Below are positions 14,476 through 28,331 of a DNA stretch of 64,000 nucleotides, in pieces. Below the pieces are notes generated by a model. The model did not search any database, had not been told where the DNA came from, and was given only the letters and a program-made list of their open reading frames with translations. Position 1 is the first letter of the stretch. Every line of letters begins with the position of its first letter. This DNA is from Octopus vulgaris (lineage: Eukaryota): positions 21,204,001 through 21,268,000 of the forward strand of contig OX597835.1 in NCBI GenBank assembly GCA_951406725.2. Reading direction: 5' to 3'. Made by a program: the position numbers and the translations under genes.

Positions 14476-14951
14476 GTGCATGTCTGGGTATATAGATTTG
14501 ATGTCAAGTAAAAATATCTGTTGAAAATAGGATTAATGAGCTCCAATTGATAAATAGCCATTTCAACATGAAAATGTCAACCATTTTATATATTAGAACA
14601 TTATAAACAGCAGCCAAGAATTGTAGTAGCGACACTACAGCTGCTGACATCACGGCCACTACGACCGCCCCGGCCAACGCCTTCTCCATCAATACTAACG
14701 TCACCAGCACCACCCCTCACATATGCAATCATCATCTTCGCTATTAACATCAGCGTTATGATTAACACCAACAACGTGTCCGACATGTGCAAAATTATCG
14801 CAAATACACTAACATCGGAGACAATGAGGCTAATATGATAAAAACGCACCTCTGGCTGCGGCATTACCACAACCATCACCAACAACAACAACACCTTACC
14901 AACACTATCGCCAGAAATACCACCACCTTTTACCGCTACCACCGTCACCAC

Positions 14952-15060
14952 TTTAGGTGTTTTCGCTCAATAAACACGTACAACGCTCGGTCTGGGAATC
15001 GAAACCGCGATCCTCCGACCACGAGTCCGCTGCCCTAACCATTGGGCCATTGCGCCTCCA
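14952..15060 (-). mobile_element. SINE family A, head only
   Basis: Reverse complement of the tRNA-like head. Confidence 0.8.
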
Positions 15061-15597
15061 CTGTTGTTGTTGCTCCTGCTACTGTAGCTTCCGCCACTGC
15101 TGCAGATGACTCCCACTGCCGCCTTTACTGCAATACCTGCTTGTTTTGTCTCTTTGGATTCAATTTCTCTTTCTAAACTCTACTTTCGATAGTTGTTATT
15201 CTTCTTGTTGTCAGCTCATGGGATGTGGTGCTTTCGTTTGGACGTTCTTTTCTGCCTTTCTGCTCTGGGTCTGTGGGCAGAAAAACCGTAAAGGCCCGAA
15301 GAACCACAATCGTGGCACCTCGGCCTTCTGCCCTCCACGTTCATCTTTAGTTCTACTCCACTGAGCTCTGTATCCCCTGCCCCTCGGTCTTAAAAAGGAC
15401 CTCTACTAGGCCATACCGTCTCACTCCCACAATGTGGTGGACATCCTGCCGTATAACTTTCAAGGCTTTTTTTCACCAGCAGGGCAGTTGGCTTGAAAAA
15501 CGATTTAAACAACAAAATACAGTATTAGAACCTTTTAAAGAAGTGAATTAGTCATAAACCTACAGAGCTCCAAAAACACACCTCCAGCTATGGTGAA

Positions 15598-15599
<2 letters not shown>

Positions 15600-15632
<33 letters not shown>

Positions 15633-16043
15633 GGACCTGATACAATACCAGACAGTGGCTCTCATGGCTTCTGATCTTAATTCATTGGAATTGTTATCAT
15701 GTACATTGCTTTGTTTTGGTATAAAAGATGGGCTAAACAAATATTCTGATTAATACCACAGATTTGCTTGTCAATTGTTTGACCATAACCATTTGAGGTT
15801 ACAACCTTATTCGGGGACCTTTTGAGCGAGATGGGTTACTCGACCTGAAGAAAATTCTAACTGGGCCCCCACCTGCAAGGTCATGTGCTGTTTATTTTGA
15901 TATGAGATCACCATGTCGCGCACATATGGTTGTGATGCATGTGCCTAGTGTACCCTTATCAAACGAGTAGTCATGATGGGTATACTGGGCTTCGTATATT
16001 TTACCCCAGTGTCACTTTGATGGCATGCACTGCTCTCTCACTC

Positions 16044-16099
<56 letters not shown>

Positions 16100-16495
16100 G
16101 GACCTGATACAATACCAGACAGTGGCTCTCATGGCTTCTGATCTTAATTCATTGGAATTGTTATCATGTACATTGCTTTGTTTTGGTATAAAAGATGGGC
16201 TAAACAAATATTCTGCTTAATACCACAGATTTGCTTGTCAATTGTTTGACCATAACCATTTGAGGTTACAACCTTATTCGGGGACCTTTTGAGCGAGATG
16301 GGTTACTCGACCTGAAGAAAATTCTAACTCGGCCCCAACTACAAGGTCATGTGCTGTTTCTTGATATGAGATCACCATGTCGCGCACATATGATTGTGAT
16401 GCATGTGCCTGGTGTACCCTTATCAGACGGGTAGTCATGATGGGTATACTGGGCTTCGTATATTTGTACCCCAGTGTCACTTTGATGGCATGCCC
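15600..16495 (+). repeat. Tandem duplication (467 bp period) of an (AAT)n-bounded SINE-like unit
   Basis: AAGGACCTGATACAATACC at 15631 and 16098; near-identical units separated by (AAT)n. Confidence 0.9.
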
Positions 16496-16546
16496 TGAAA
16501 TCCCTTAATACATACACACATAAATACATGCATACATAGATACATT

Positions 16547-16588
<42 letters not shown>

Positions 16589-16594
<6 letters not shown>

Positions 16595-16766
16595 ATTTAG
16601 GAATGGTCATGTTGCCAGTTTAGCCAATAAAAACACACGCACTATATATTTGGTGTTACTTTGCTTCAGCGTTATTATTTTTTACATTAATCTTAATCTT
16701 ATTTCGGCCATTCCTAATTACAACAATATTTGTTTCAACACACGATTTCACATAAAAGAATCTTGC

Positions 16767-16774
<8 letters not shown>
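16589..16774 (+). mobile_element. Fold-back element: ~20 bp inverted repeat plus ~50 bp tail inside (TA)n
   Basis: TGTTGTATTTAGGAATGGTC (16589) versus GGCCATTCCTAATTACAACA (16706). Confidence 0.6.
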
Positions 16775-16814
<40 letters not shown>

Positions 16815-16869
16815 ACATATATATATATATGTATTTGTATATATATATATATATATATATATATAACAA

Positions 16870-16949
<80 letters not shown>

Positions 16950-16952
16950 TTG

Positions 16953-16984
<32 letters not shown>

Positions 16985-17512
16985 GCTTCGTATGTATATA
17001 GCTATACATTTATGTATGAATATACGTATAGCCATATATGCGGTAGTGCATTCATGTTAGCGTGTATATATGTAATCGCGTGCGTATTTGCCTGTGTGTG
17101 TATATATATATATATGTGGGGGGGGGGATTTTGTGTGATATTTTATGCTTGATTATGTGTCTACAATTTGAGGAATAAACATATACGTGTATACGTGAGA
17201 GCGTGATAAGGTATGAATGCGATTATGTGTATGTATGTGTGCTTGTCTGTGTCTGTTATTGTGACACTACGTGTTTGTGTGTCTGTGTCTGCTTCTGGCT
17301 ACATAGGTGTATTATCATGTGTATCTGCGCATATGTGCGTGTGTGTGAGTGTGTTATTGTTCGTGTATGTGTGAGTTTTAGAAAGCTGAAGAACAGCCAA
17401 ACAGTGAATTAGTGTAAAAATATTAAAATTAAATATTTTTTCGTTTTGGAGGAAATCGTTTTTTTTTTTTTTTCTGTGGCAAAAATAATTGATTTGTAAA
17501 TGAAGAACGAAA

Positions 17513-17564
<52 letters not shown>

Positions 17565-17750
17565 GAGAGGGAGAGAGAGAGAGAAAATTGAGAGTGAGGA
17601 GAAATAGGAAGTGATAGAGGAGTGAATAGGAGATAAAGAAAAAGAGAGGTGGAAAGTGTAAGACAGAGAGAGGTTGAAGGAGTGAGATAGATAGATAGAT
17701 AGATAGATAGATAGGTAGATGGATAGGTAGATTGATAGATAGATAGATAT

Positions 17751-17783
<33 letters not shown>

Positions 17784-17870
17784 AGCGATTTAATAGCAAC
17801 AACAGCAACGAAATTAAAGTGAAGATCAGTAACAAATGCCACGAGGACAAACACCACAAAAACGAGGAAA

Positions 17871-17902
<32 letters not shown>

Positions 17903-18339
17903 TAAGTGTAGTAGTTAAAGCAGCAGAAGCAGCAACAACAAAAAGAACAACGTCTGTAGCAAAAAAATCAACACCACCACCACCAACAACAACAACAACA
18001 ACAACAACAGCAACAAGTAGCTACTGTTTAAATCCATGACTAATGTTATTTCGCAGACCCTTCATCAAAGGCATTCCATCCATGACCACCCTACTCTGTT
18101 TCTGTGCACAGGTTTGCTAGCATCGCATAATGCGACATGTCAGTATGGAAAATATTCGAGGATGATTTTAATGAGATCTTTGGCTGTTAATTGAGGCAAT
18201 TCGAGGCTTCCTTGCTGGGTCTATTTATTGTTGTTGCTGTTGTTGTTGAGCCCAAGGTCACCGGAGGTCAAGCAAGTTGATGATCGTAATGATACCTCAT
18301 ATGACCAACCGGTCTTGGTTTGGCTTGTAAGGATGTAAG

Positions 18340-19680
18340 AGATTAAAGGTGGATAGAAGATATAGGAATATAAAAAGAACTGAGGAGAAATAAAGAGGAG
18401 TTGCTAGAAGTTTAGAGAATGAGGTGGAAGAGGATGAGAGAAAAAAGATGAAAATGACTTGAAAGAAGATGAGAGAAGGTGAACGAAAGCGAGTAAAGAT
18501 GAAAGAAAACGTGCGAGTGGGATCAAAGAGGAAAGGAAATTGAGTTGAAGCAAAGTAATCGAATCAGGTGAAAGAAGATGAGAGAATGAGGCGAAGGAAA
18601 ATAATAGAATTGAATGAATACGAAATAAAAATGTGAAAGAAGATAAAAGAAGGGGGTAGATGAAAGAAATTGAGAGAATGAGATGAAGAACAATAGTAGA
18701 AGAACGTGAATGACTACGAAATAATAGTGAGTTGAAAGAAGATAATCGAATGCGACGAAAGAAGATAAAAGGAGGTGAAAGAAAATGAGTGAATGAGATG
18801 AAAAATGACGAAAGAATGAGTTGAAAGAATACGAGAGAATGATTTGTAACGATAAAAGAAAGGAGTGAAAGAAGATAATTGAAGGAGGCGAAAGAAAACG
18901 AGAAACTGATGAGAGAATAGGATAAAGGAAGACAAGAGAATGAGGTGAAGGAAGATGAGAGAACGATTTGAAAGACGTTAATAGAAGGAAAATGATGAGA
19001 GAATGAATGAGGTGAAGGGAGGACGATAAGGAAATGAATTGAAAGAACATAATGGAGTGATTTGAGATAAGATGCGAAAGACTGAGAAAGATGTGAAAGA
19101 AGATAATGAAGTAAAGTGAATGAAAATAACAAAATAAGATGCATGAATAATTTGAAGCAGAGGCAAAAAGCTAGTAGGTATTGACTGGAGGAAATAAAGC
19201 TAATGAAAAATGTCAATAGAGAAATTTGAATTTTCATAAGAATGAATTGTAAGATAAGAAGATATGAAATGAATAAAAATAAATGTCAGGATTTAAAGAA
19301 ATTTCCTTAAAAAATGGTGACAGAATCAATGTCTTTTTTTTTTCTGTAGTGCAATTATAAGAATTAGTTGAAGTAAGGAATAAAAGGCCTTCTTGGGGCC
19401 AAAAATGATGAAATGAGATAAGAGATGAAGCAAAAGGAAATTTTGATGACTTGAAAATGGACAGGGTAGAAGTAAATGAGAGGAAGTGATGTTTAAGTTT
19501 ATAAAAATGGTGCGCAAAGGGCATGTACATACAGTAAAAGGAGTTCAATCATAACTATGAAGAGGAATAATTAGCAGAAGAAAAAAATTAGGCTTGAAGG
19601 CTTAAAGAATATTAAACTGAAATTAATCGAAAATGAGATGGGAAACGGAAAGATATAAAAGTGTATAAGCAAATAATAGG
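18340..19680. repeat. Degenerate purine-rich (GA/GAA) low-complexity tract
   Basis: Strong C depletion on the plus strand; produces spurious F/S/L-rich minus-strand ORFs. Confidence 0.8.
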
Positions 19681-20200
19681 AGTGGGTGTGATGATAACTT
19701 CAACACATAACGGCTTTAGAATATTTCACATCATGTTTGAAAGGTCATTCAGAGGGCGCTTGTACTATTATTTGCATGTCATGTTCACTAATTAAACTGA
19801 TATTTGGAACCAAATACGACTTAAGACCGCAAGCTTAAAGAATCATTAACGAGATTACACGTCTACCAGCACCTCACGTTCTAGTTTCAAACGCCGAAGA
19901 GTTCGACATTATCTCTATCCTTTAAGGATAAAATAAATACCAGTTGAAGACAGGGATCGGTGTAATCAAATCAACTTCACCGCTACCCTTCACCGACTTG
20001 AAATCGATAACCTTAATACCAAAAGGTGAAATCATATTTACATATATGTTTATATCTATATATACGCATCTACATATACCTATCTACATATATGATTATT
20101 AGCTGACGTACCCGATAACTCCCGGAAAAGCGGGGCTTATCCCTTGGTTTCGTTCTCATAATTGTTTCGCTAATCCAGTAACAACAATACATACAGGCAC

Positions 20201-20253
<53 letters not shown>

Positions 20254-20316
20254 CATAGATAGATAGATATATATAGATATATATATATATATACATAGAT
20301 AGATAGATAGATAGAC

Positions 20317-20409
<93 letters not shown>

Positions 20410-20646
20410 TCCAAATAATAATACAAAGAAATGTTTTGCCACATCTTTTATGATCTGTTACAAATATTTCTGAACCAACTCTGCTTGCAACGCCAGTTTA
20501 CGTAAAATGTCAAAATGAAGAGTTGCTTAATATTCTCGAATTTAGACAGAAGAGATATTCTTCTTCAGACTTACATCAACGGTGCGCGCATCCAGACTTT
20601 ATACACACAGACACATATACACACACAGATATATATATATATAAAT

Positions 20647-20881
20647 ATATAATAAAATATTAGGGAATAAATCCAAAGTTACAGGGAAAAATCAGATTTA
20701 GGATTAAATCCAATTTTATAGTAAAATATATTATATTATATCATATTAAATTAGAGATAATGAAAAACTAATACTTTTGATATATATTTAAAATAATATA
20801 AATTAATTAAGTTTATGTATTGGCTTATGTTTTTCATTGTTTGATTTGCCTAATAGTGGTTTTATCTCTAATTTAATATAT

Positions 20882-20886
<5 letters not shown>
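20647..20886. mobile_element. Fold-back copy of the element at 41765-42087
   Basis: 20647-20760 is the reverse complement of the 3' end and tail; 20776-20886 is a forward body copy lacking the tail. Confidence 0.75.
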
Positions 20887-20936
<50 letters not shown>

Positions 20937-21022
20937 GGATATAAATACACAAAGAATAAGTGCCGGGGGCGATTTATTCGACTTAAGATGTTGTCCCCGC
21001 ATGGCAGCAATGAGATGTCTGA

Positions 21023-21161
<139 letters not shown>

Positions 21162-21230
21162 GTATATATATATATATACATATATATATACATGTATATA
21201 TATATATATATATATTCGCATATATATATA

Positions 21231-21941
21231 ATTTAATTAGAGGATATGTTATCCTCGTGAATGGATGGTTGCATCCAAAGAAACACTGTATTGTTGGGTA
21301 ATGAAAATCCCTTCAAATATCTTCTCAAAAAGTTTAGCAAACGCCAGAATGTATACTAGGAAAACAAATGGAAGAAGACAAAATAAAACAATTAACTTCA
21401 TACCTTAAGATTTCGCTATTAATGATTGCTAACGTAATCATCTGTAGCTCGTCAGTGAAGTCGCTGAGAGATAATTAGTAAACGGAACAAGAAACAAATC
21501 GACTCTACGACAGAGAACTTGCATATAAAGTTCCGCCAATTATGTATCGAAAATATCCAACCAAATGTCTTCATGCTGGCGCTCTAAAACGGAAAGAACT
21601 CTGCAGCTAATAAAGTTCCACAGCGAATCTACCGACTAGAGGACATGGCTATTTAAAAATTAAACAATGAGGGTACAAATTAATATTATTACATAATATT
21701 AATTTAAACCAGTGGGTACCTAGTGCTCGGGTGGTACTATGAATTATATATTACATATATAAATAATATATATATCCACATACAGGTAACTAGCGACGCA
21801 TCAACAAATATCCATGCATTTTACATTCACATATAATTGCACGCATAAATTTATACGTAGAAGCATACTCGTAGATATGAATGCAAACTTAAATACATGA
21901 ATACTTACACATACAGACTGTTAAAGATAATTAGAAATAGG

Positions 21942-21998
<57 letters not shown>

Positions 21999-22785
21999 CA
22001 TGTATCGTTATTCATTGAAGCATACATACACCCAGGAATGTAATATAATTATACATGACACATAAATGACAAGAGATGCATAGACACGTTAATTTTACCG
22101 TTAATGTTTTTTTCATTTTGTAAAGTCACCATTTTATTTTATTACATTTACTGCTCGATCACATGATTAACTAAATATGCGCGTGAATAAACGTCTAACC
22201 CCTTGGGTTTTATACTAAATTATACGATAAGGGGATGTCGTACAATATTCGATGGAATTCTTTCGAATTTGACACTAATCTTTCCAAAAAGTTTTAAATA
22301 TCGTTTACGGTTCATTTTGTCTTTAATAACTTTTTTTTTGTTTTTAACATTGGAAATTTTCCCTTGAAGCTTTGGGATTACCTGTAAATTGAAGAGGAGG
22401 TTGAAGACCCCACCACCCCATAAAGAAAAAGAACAGTATAAAATATAAAATACTCAGACCAAGAAAGAAATACATGAATAAATATATAGTCTTGAACAAA
22501 ATTTCGAAAATTTGGATAAATGTTGAAAATAAAGCAAAGTACAAGTTGGAGTACTTAAGTACATGACAGAAAGATTTTTCTTTGGGGGCGGGGGCTGTAT
22601 TAGTTCATAGGAATTAATATCAGGAGTGCGTAGCCTTCAGCGACGAAAAGAATTATTCACGTTAAAATGATGAGCTCTCTTTAACTTCTACACATCTTAA
22701 ATTATTTAAGTTTTACGATTTTTTAAAAACTCCTAAGGTGTAATGTAGCATTGGAATCGAAATACTATGTCAACCATTTTGTTCT
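21231..22785. repeat. Inverted segmental duplication, left copy (partner 40238-41733)
   Basis: Colinear reverse-complement match with scattered substitutions; the ORF-track peptides at 22344 (-) and 40458 (+) differ by one residue. Confidence 0.93.
21395..21461 (-). ncRNA. Hammerhead ribozyme motif (intact core)
   Basis: Minus strand: ACUUCA-CUGACGA-GCUA...UAGC-GAAA-UCUUAAGG-UA-UGAAGU; 6 bp stem I, extended stem II (AUGAUU/AAUCAU), near-palindromic stem III. Confidence 0.85.
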
Positions 22786-23305
22786 CGTTCACATTCTTTT
22801 CTCTTTTCTCTCTTTTTTTTTTTTTTTTCATTTTTGTATGGCTGCTATTTGCCTGTAATTTATACAGATTCTTCTGCTTCAATTAAAATCAAATTCAGTT
22901 ATAAAGAAGGAGAACGCTATAATAAAATAAAAACTATTGCCATGACGATGACGATGATAACAACAACAACAACAACGCCGTTGCTTATTGTCGTTGTTGT
23001 TGTTGTTGTTGTTGTTGCTCTTAGCAAGCAAAAAGAAAATGTAATGCTTGTATCATTCATTAACGAAGAAGTATGACAATAGCAAAAGAGTGCTTGCGTT
23101 TTACTAGAGCTAGAAATATTCGGTGAATGAAGGTTAATTTTACTGCAATAAAACTTGAAAAACAGAAATGAGATATTAAAACACAAAAGCAAAAGAATGT
23201 CATAAGTAGATGCGTGGGATGAACATATTCATGGATTCCTTTTCTTGACAAGAATCAAGTATATGACTTCTCTTATTCTTCTCATCGGCCTGGATTCAAC
23301 TACAT

Positions 23306-23370
<65 letters not shown>

Positions 23371-23375
23371 TGATG

Positions 23376-23445
<70 letters not shown>

Positions 23446-23518
23446 TGATAATAATAATGATAATTATAATGATAATTATAATAATAATAATTATAATAAT
23501 AATAATAATGATAATAAT

Positions 23519-23732
23519 GTCTTAACTGGTACATCACACGTATTGAGAAGAGCATTGTCGATGTGAGAACTATTACTACCCATGTATTTTAATTTAACTT
23601 AAAAAAATAAAAAAATTAACGAATTATTGAGTTTAGTTTAATGGCCTACCAATGTATACTATGAGTTTCTTTGCCCTAGGAGTCGGGAAGAAACTCGGCA
23701 AGAAATGGAAGCAAATTTGAAAGAAAAAAAAA

Positions 23733-23733
<1 letters not shown>
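23519..23733 (+). mobile_element. Extremely 5'-truncated R4/Dong-type LINE (second subfamily) in (TAA)n
   Basis: Encodes VLTGTSHVLRRALSM*, matching the VLMGTAHILRKILSM* end of the 7181 ORF; (TAA)n on both sides. Confidence 0.8.
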
Positions 23734-23766
<33 letters not shown>

Positions 23767-23798
23767 TAATAATAATAATAATTATTATAATAATAATG

Positions 23799-23882
<84 letters not shown>

Positions 23883-24209
23883 TGTAAAATATAAACGAAA
23901 GAAAACCCGAATCAACATCACTTTATTTTGCTTACATGGGTGGTCCAATTATTAGTAACAGCAGCCAAATCTTCGGAAAATGATCACTCAACCACCGACG
24001 GAAGATAAGGAAGAATGACCATATATGATCAAATAATTCTAAATATTTACTCCCTTGTAATTAAAGAGGGAGAGTGGTCTCTGTTATTTAAGGAATTACA
24101 GCTGGTCAGGCGTCGAATGAATGCAACTCCCAACACAAACAACAGAAAATGAAACAATATGAAGAAAGAATCAGAACTCTTCAATTTATTAGTTGTGGTA
24201 AAATAAAAC

Positions 24210-24390
24210 GGTGTGCTGGCAGAAGCGTTAGCACGCCAGGCCAAATACATAGCGTTATTGCGTCCCCTCTTTACGTTCTGAGTTCAAATTCTGCCGAGGT
24301 CTCTTTTGCTTTTTATTACTTCAGTGTCGATAAAATAAGTACCAGTTGAGTACTGGGGTCGATGTAATCGACTTATCTCCTCCCACAAAA
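24210..24390 (+). mobile_element. SINE family C, diverged
   Basis: GCTGGCAGAAGCGTTAGCACGCC...GAGTTCAAATTCTGCCGAGGT. Confidence 0.75.
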
Positions 24391-24599
24391 TATCTAGGAA
24401 AAACTTCGTTAAATGTCAGTTGAATATGGAAGATGTATCTACATGATGTGTTCAGCATTCTGCTACTTTCACTATGTACCCAAATAATATTTTGGTAGTT
24501 CGTCCATGAATTCTACCATCCAATGGTGTAGTTATATAAACATTTTCAAGCATAAGCACAATAGTCCACACATTTTGAAGAGAAAATATATTGGTTTTA

Positions 24600-24810
24600 A
24601 TTGTTGGAACAAAGCCAGCAATTTTGAGGGAAGTGGTAAGTCGGTTACAACGACCCTTGTGATCAACTAGTACTTATTTTATCAACTCCGAAAAGGAGAA
24701 AGGCAAAGTGGACCTCAACGGAATTTGAACTCAGAACGTAAAGACAGACAAAATGCCACTAGGCATTTCGCTCTGAGTGCTACGATTTCTGCCAACTCAC
24801 CAACTTAAAG
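24600..24810 (-). mobile_element. SINE family C, diverged
   Basis: GGAATTTGAACTCAGAACGTAAAG, the reverse complement of the family C core. Confidence 0.7.
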
Positions 24811-25672
24811 AAAAAGTATACTAATTCGCGTAGCTGCGTGGTCAGAAGATTGCTTCTCAAACACATGGTTCCAGGTTCAGCCCCACTGCATGGCACGGAA
24901 AGCCAGTCCGTCCCAGTCTTACCTACTGAGGGGTGGACTAGAGCAGTAAAAAAAATGAAGTGATTTGCTCAAGAATATAACTCACTGCTAGTCTGGGATT
25001 CGAAACCACGTTCTTGTGATCGTAGGTGCAACACCACTGTCACAGAGCTACGGGCTATAGAACTATAATAGCACAATATATTTTCTCTTTGTTTTCATTT
25101 AGAAAAATCTCATTATCTATTTTGCTTAACTACTCACGTATATTCCACAAAATTCTTTCTGAAGTATTATATAACTTACTTTGTATTTCTTGAAGCAAAC
25201 AACAATGCTGTTATATAAAGTCTATATCAACGTCTAAATATAACATCTCACTATACAAAGACAGCAAATCTTGACGTATTGAGGTTATGTGTTAGTCTCT
25301 TACTTCTGTACCGATCCAGGGGTGCATATCTTTCAACTGTTTACCCCAGTCTTGCTACGTGTCTGTCTGGTGCACTCCGATTAGCAATAATTACGACTTC
25401 TAAACTAAAAGGAAAATACCAAGCACAACAACAACAATAGCAGTTAAAAATATTTTCCATTAAAAAATATTTTATATCTACTTCAATATCCTCCCGACAC
25501 AATCTAAAACTGATATGGTTTATTAAATACCAATAAATCATTTGAAATGCACACTGACAGAAATATTGCAGAGTTCGCCAAAATAAAGTGTTTATAAGTA
25601 TCTAGAAGCTATGTGTAAGCGACTGTTTCTGAGTATGTGTGTGTCTGTGCTCTTTTGTGTGTGTCTGTGCTC

Positions 25673-25711
<39 letters not shown>

Positions 25712-26231
25712 CTGTGATTGTCTCCGAGTGTGTTTGTGTATGTGCAGACGTAGAGAGTTAAGAGGTGAAATGAAATTAAATCATTTGATTTTGATCTCTA
25801 CGTAACCAAACATCGGTTGAAGTTATTTGAAAACGACCTCTGACTCTCCCCCACACCCCACACCCCAACCCGCAGTTAAATTTGATAATCTATTATTCTG
25901 ATACATTTTTATTGTTAACGTTAACAATTATTAGAATGACGACAATCAATGGCTTAGCGTGAAGAAGACTTGGACAGAAACATAGAGGAGACCATGTGTA
26001 AAAGGCCGTCAATTCCGGATATCGTCGTCACAAGCAAGCATAGCGAGACAGAGATCTCTCATTAGTTTCAGTCTAGTTGCCTGATTAACGTCTGATTAGC
26101 GAAAGGAAAGGAAGTCAGCAGCAGCAGCCGTGATTGTTGTAAGGAAATCATTAAGGCACAGTCATGTATGTAGGAAAGTGGCTACGTATTTATATTTATG
26201 TATACGTTTGAATGCATATACATACATATAC

Positions 26232-26343
<112 letters not shown>

Positions 26344-26348
26344 ATATG

Positions 26349-26379
<31 letters not shown>

Positions 26380-26458
26380 ACATATATACGCATATATATA
26401 TACATATGTATATCTATGTCTGCCTGTATGTATGAACATATGCATGTATGTATATCTT

Positions 26459-26494
<36 letters not shown>

Positions 26495-26550
26495 CCTATA
26501 TCTGCATCTCTGTATATATCTATCGCTTTCTATCTGTTTGTCTGTCTCTC

Positions 26551-26605
<55 letters not shown>

Positions 26606-26607
<2 letters not shown>

Positions 26608-26798
26608 TTATTTTATAGAAGGACTTCTAGGACTAGAACTGTTTCATTCAAAAGAAATCATCAGGAAGCTCCTGATGATTTCTTTTTGAATGAAACAGTT
26701 CTAGTCCTGTAGAACTCCTTCTATAAAATAAATTAATTTACTCTGCTATGTATTGAGTACCTTATTTACTGTGGTTAACCCCGACTCAACCCGGGACC

Positions 26799-26800
<2 letters not shown>
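26606..26800 (+). mobile_element. Fold-back element family 1, longest copy (arms 26606-26665 and 26671-26733, tail 26734-26800) with a degenerate hammerhead
   Basis: ~60 bp inverted arms; AGCUC-CUGAUGA-UUUC..GAAU-GAAA-CAG..CUG-UA-GAACU at 26667-26716; (TA)n flanks. Confidence 0.8.
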
Positions 26801-26848
<48 letters not shown>

Positions 26849-27349
26849 TATATACCAATATCTCTAACTATTTCTTTATCTATCCTTCTATCTCTCTCTC
26901 TCTTTCTCTCTCTCTCTTGTTCTTTCTTTGTTTCCATATCTATCTATCTATCTATCTAACTATATGTTTGTGTGTTTGAAAAGGAGACAGAGCGATAAGT
27001 CTCAGTTGCAAAACTAAGAAGAATATTAGATAAAGTACTTAAAACTTTTAATTCGTAAATTTTAGATACTATTGTCTCTCTACGATAGAAACTCCCAATA
27101 CAGATCTCCGATATCTTATAACTATTCATAAGCAATTGAAAGTGAGACATCTGACAGGGCACGAAAAAAAAGACAGAAATATATTTAAGTTTTACCAATT
27201 GTGATCGAGAGAATGAAATCACTGGACACTTTTGATGGGGATGAAACAGAACAAAACGAAGCAATAGCACAGATGCTGAAAGGAAGAAAAGAAAAGAATA
27301 TGAAATATTACGTTTTCGAAGCAATTATGGACAAGGAAATGTTATAGGA

Positions 27350-27745
27350 AATGCCTTTAGCTATTTGGTGGTAGTGTGAGAATTCCATCGATGGAGTAGT
27401 TTCTCCATGGCGCAAGCCTGGGCGGTAGAAACGAAGACACTGGGCTGCCCAGACACCAGAATCTCCCTCTCGGCCCCCCAGACATAATCCAAGGGAATGC
27501 AGTGCAGTACGTTTGGAGTCTGGTTGGCTGCAGGAGTTGCCGGAAAGGGGTCGAGATTCGACACCCTACCGCCTTCGGGGCTCCACTCCGAATAGAATAG
27601 AAAATAAATATCAACCTAAGTGATACGCAAGGAGAGAGGGCACAGAAAGTGTGCCTAAAGCCAGCTGGAGACGAGGATCTCCTGGGGCTACAAGCTACAG
27701 TAACACCCACCCTTAGTGGTTAGCCATATTAAGATGGCTAGTATA
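27350..27745. other. GC-richer island, probably an unclassified interspersed repeat
   Basis: Abrupt composition change only; no recognisable protein motif. Confidence 0.3.
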
Positions 27746-28331
27746 CTTTACATTGTCGTGCAGTTACTGTTTACATCTCGTTCAGAGATTTATTATTGCT
27801 AGAAAATAAATTGTTTTCTGGCAATATTTGTGTATGAGTTCATATGTGCAAGGCAATCTATCTTTCTACCCCTGTGAAGTTTAACGGATTATACCCGTTT
27901 GATAGTAAAGCTAGACAAGACCATAGCATAGAAAAATTGCACCTCAAGGGCGGTTGCTGTGTAATCTACAGTTCCACATTTTATCATAGTTTACAGCTGG
28001 TGCATTATTAGTTACGCAGAAGTCAGGAGAATAAGGATAATTGTAAGCCCTTTGATTAGAATTATAAATACGAATTATGAAATGTGAATTATTAATTATG
28101 AATACCTCATCGTTATTTGGCTGCAAAGAGTCACTAGACACTACTCAGTGTCTATTGAAAAAGAAATCTGTACAAATAATTCTTAATTTTATCCTTTATT
28201 TTTTCTAAAAACATATTACGGCTACTCTGCTTTTCTCTCTTTTCTGCTGACATTAACACACACATATGTATACAGAGCGTATTTGTGTATGAGTTTCTGG
28301 CAATATTTGTGTATGAGTTTCTGGCAATACA

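Noticed and set aside
18404-19237. 277 aa hydrophobic 'membrane protein' ORF
   Set aside because: Reverse complement of a purine-rich low-complexity tract.
25980-26170. Promoter or first-exon-like complex sequence (TTTCAGTCT Inr-like)
   Set aside because: Motifs are too short to support a call without transcript data.
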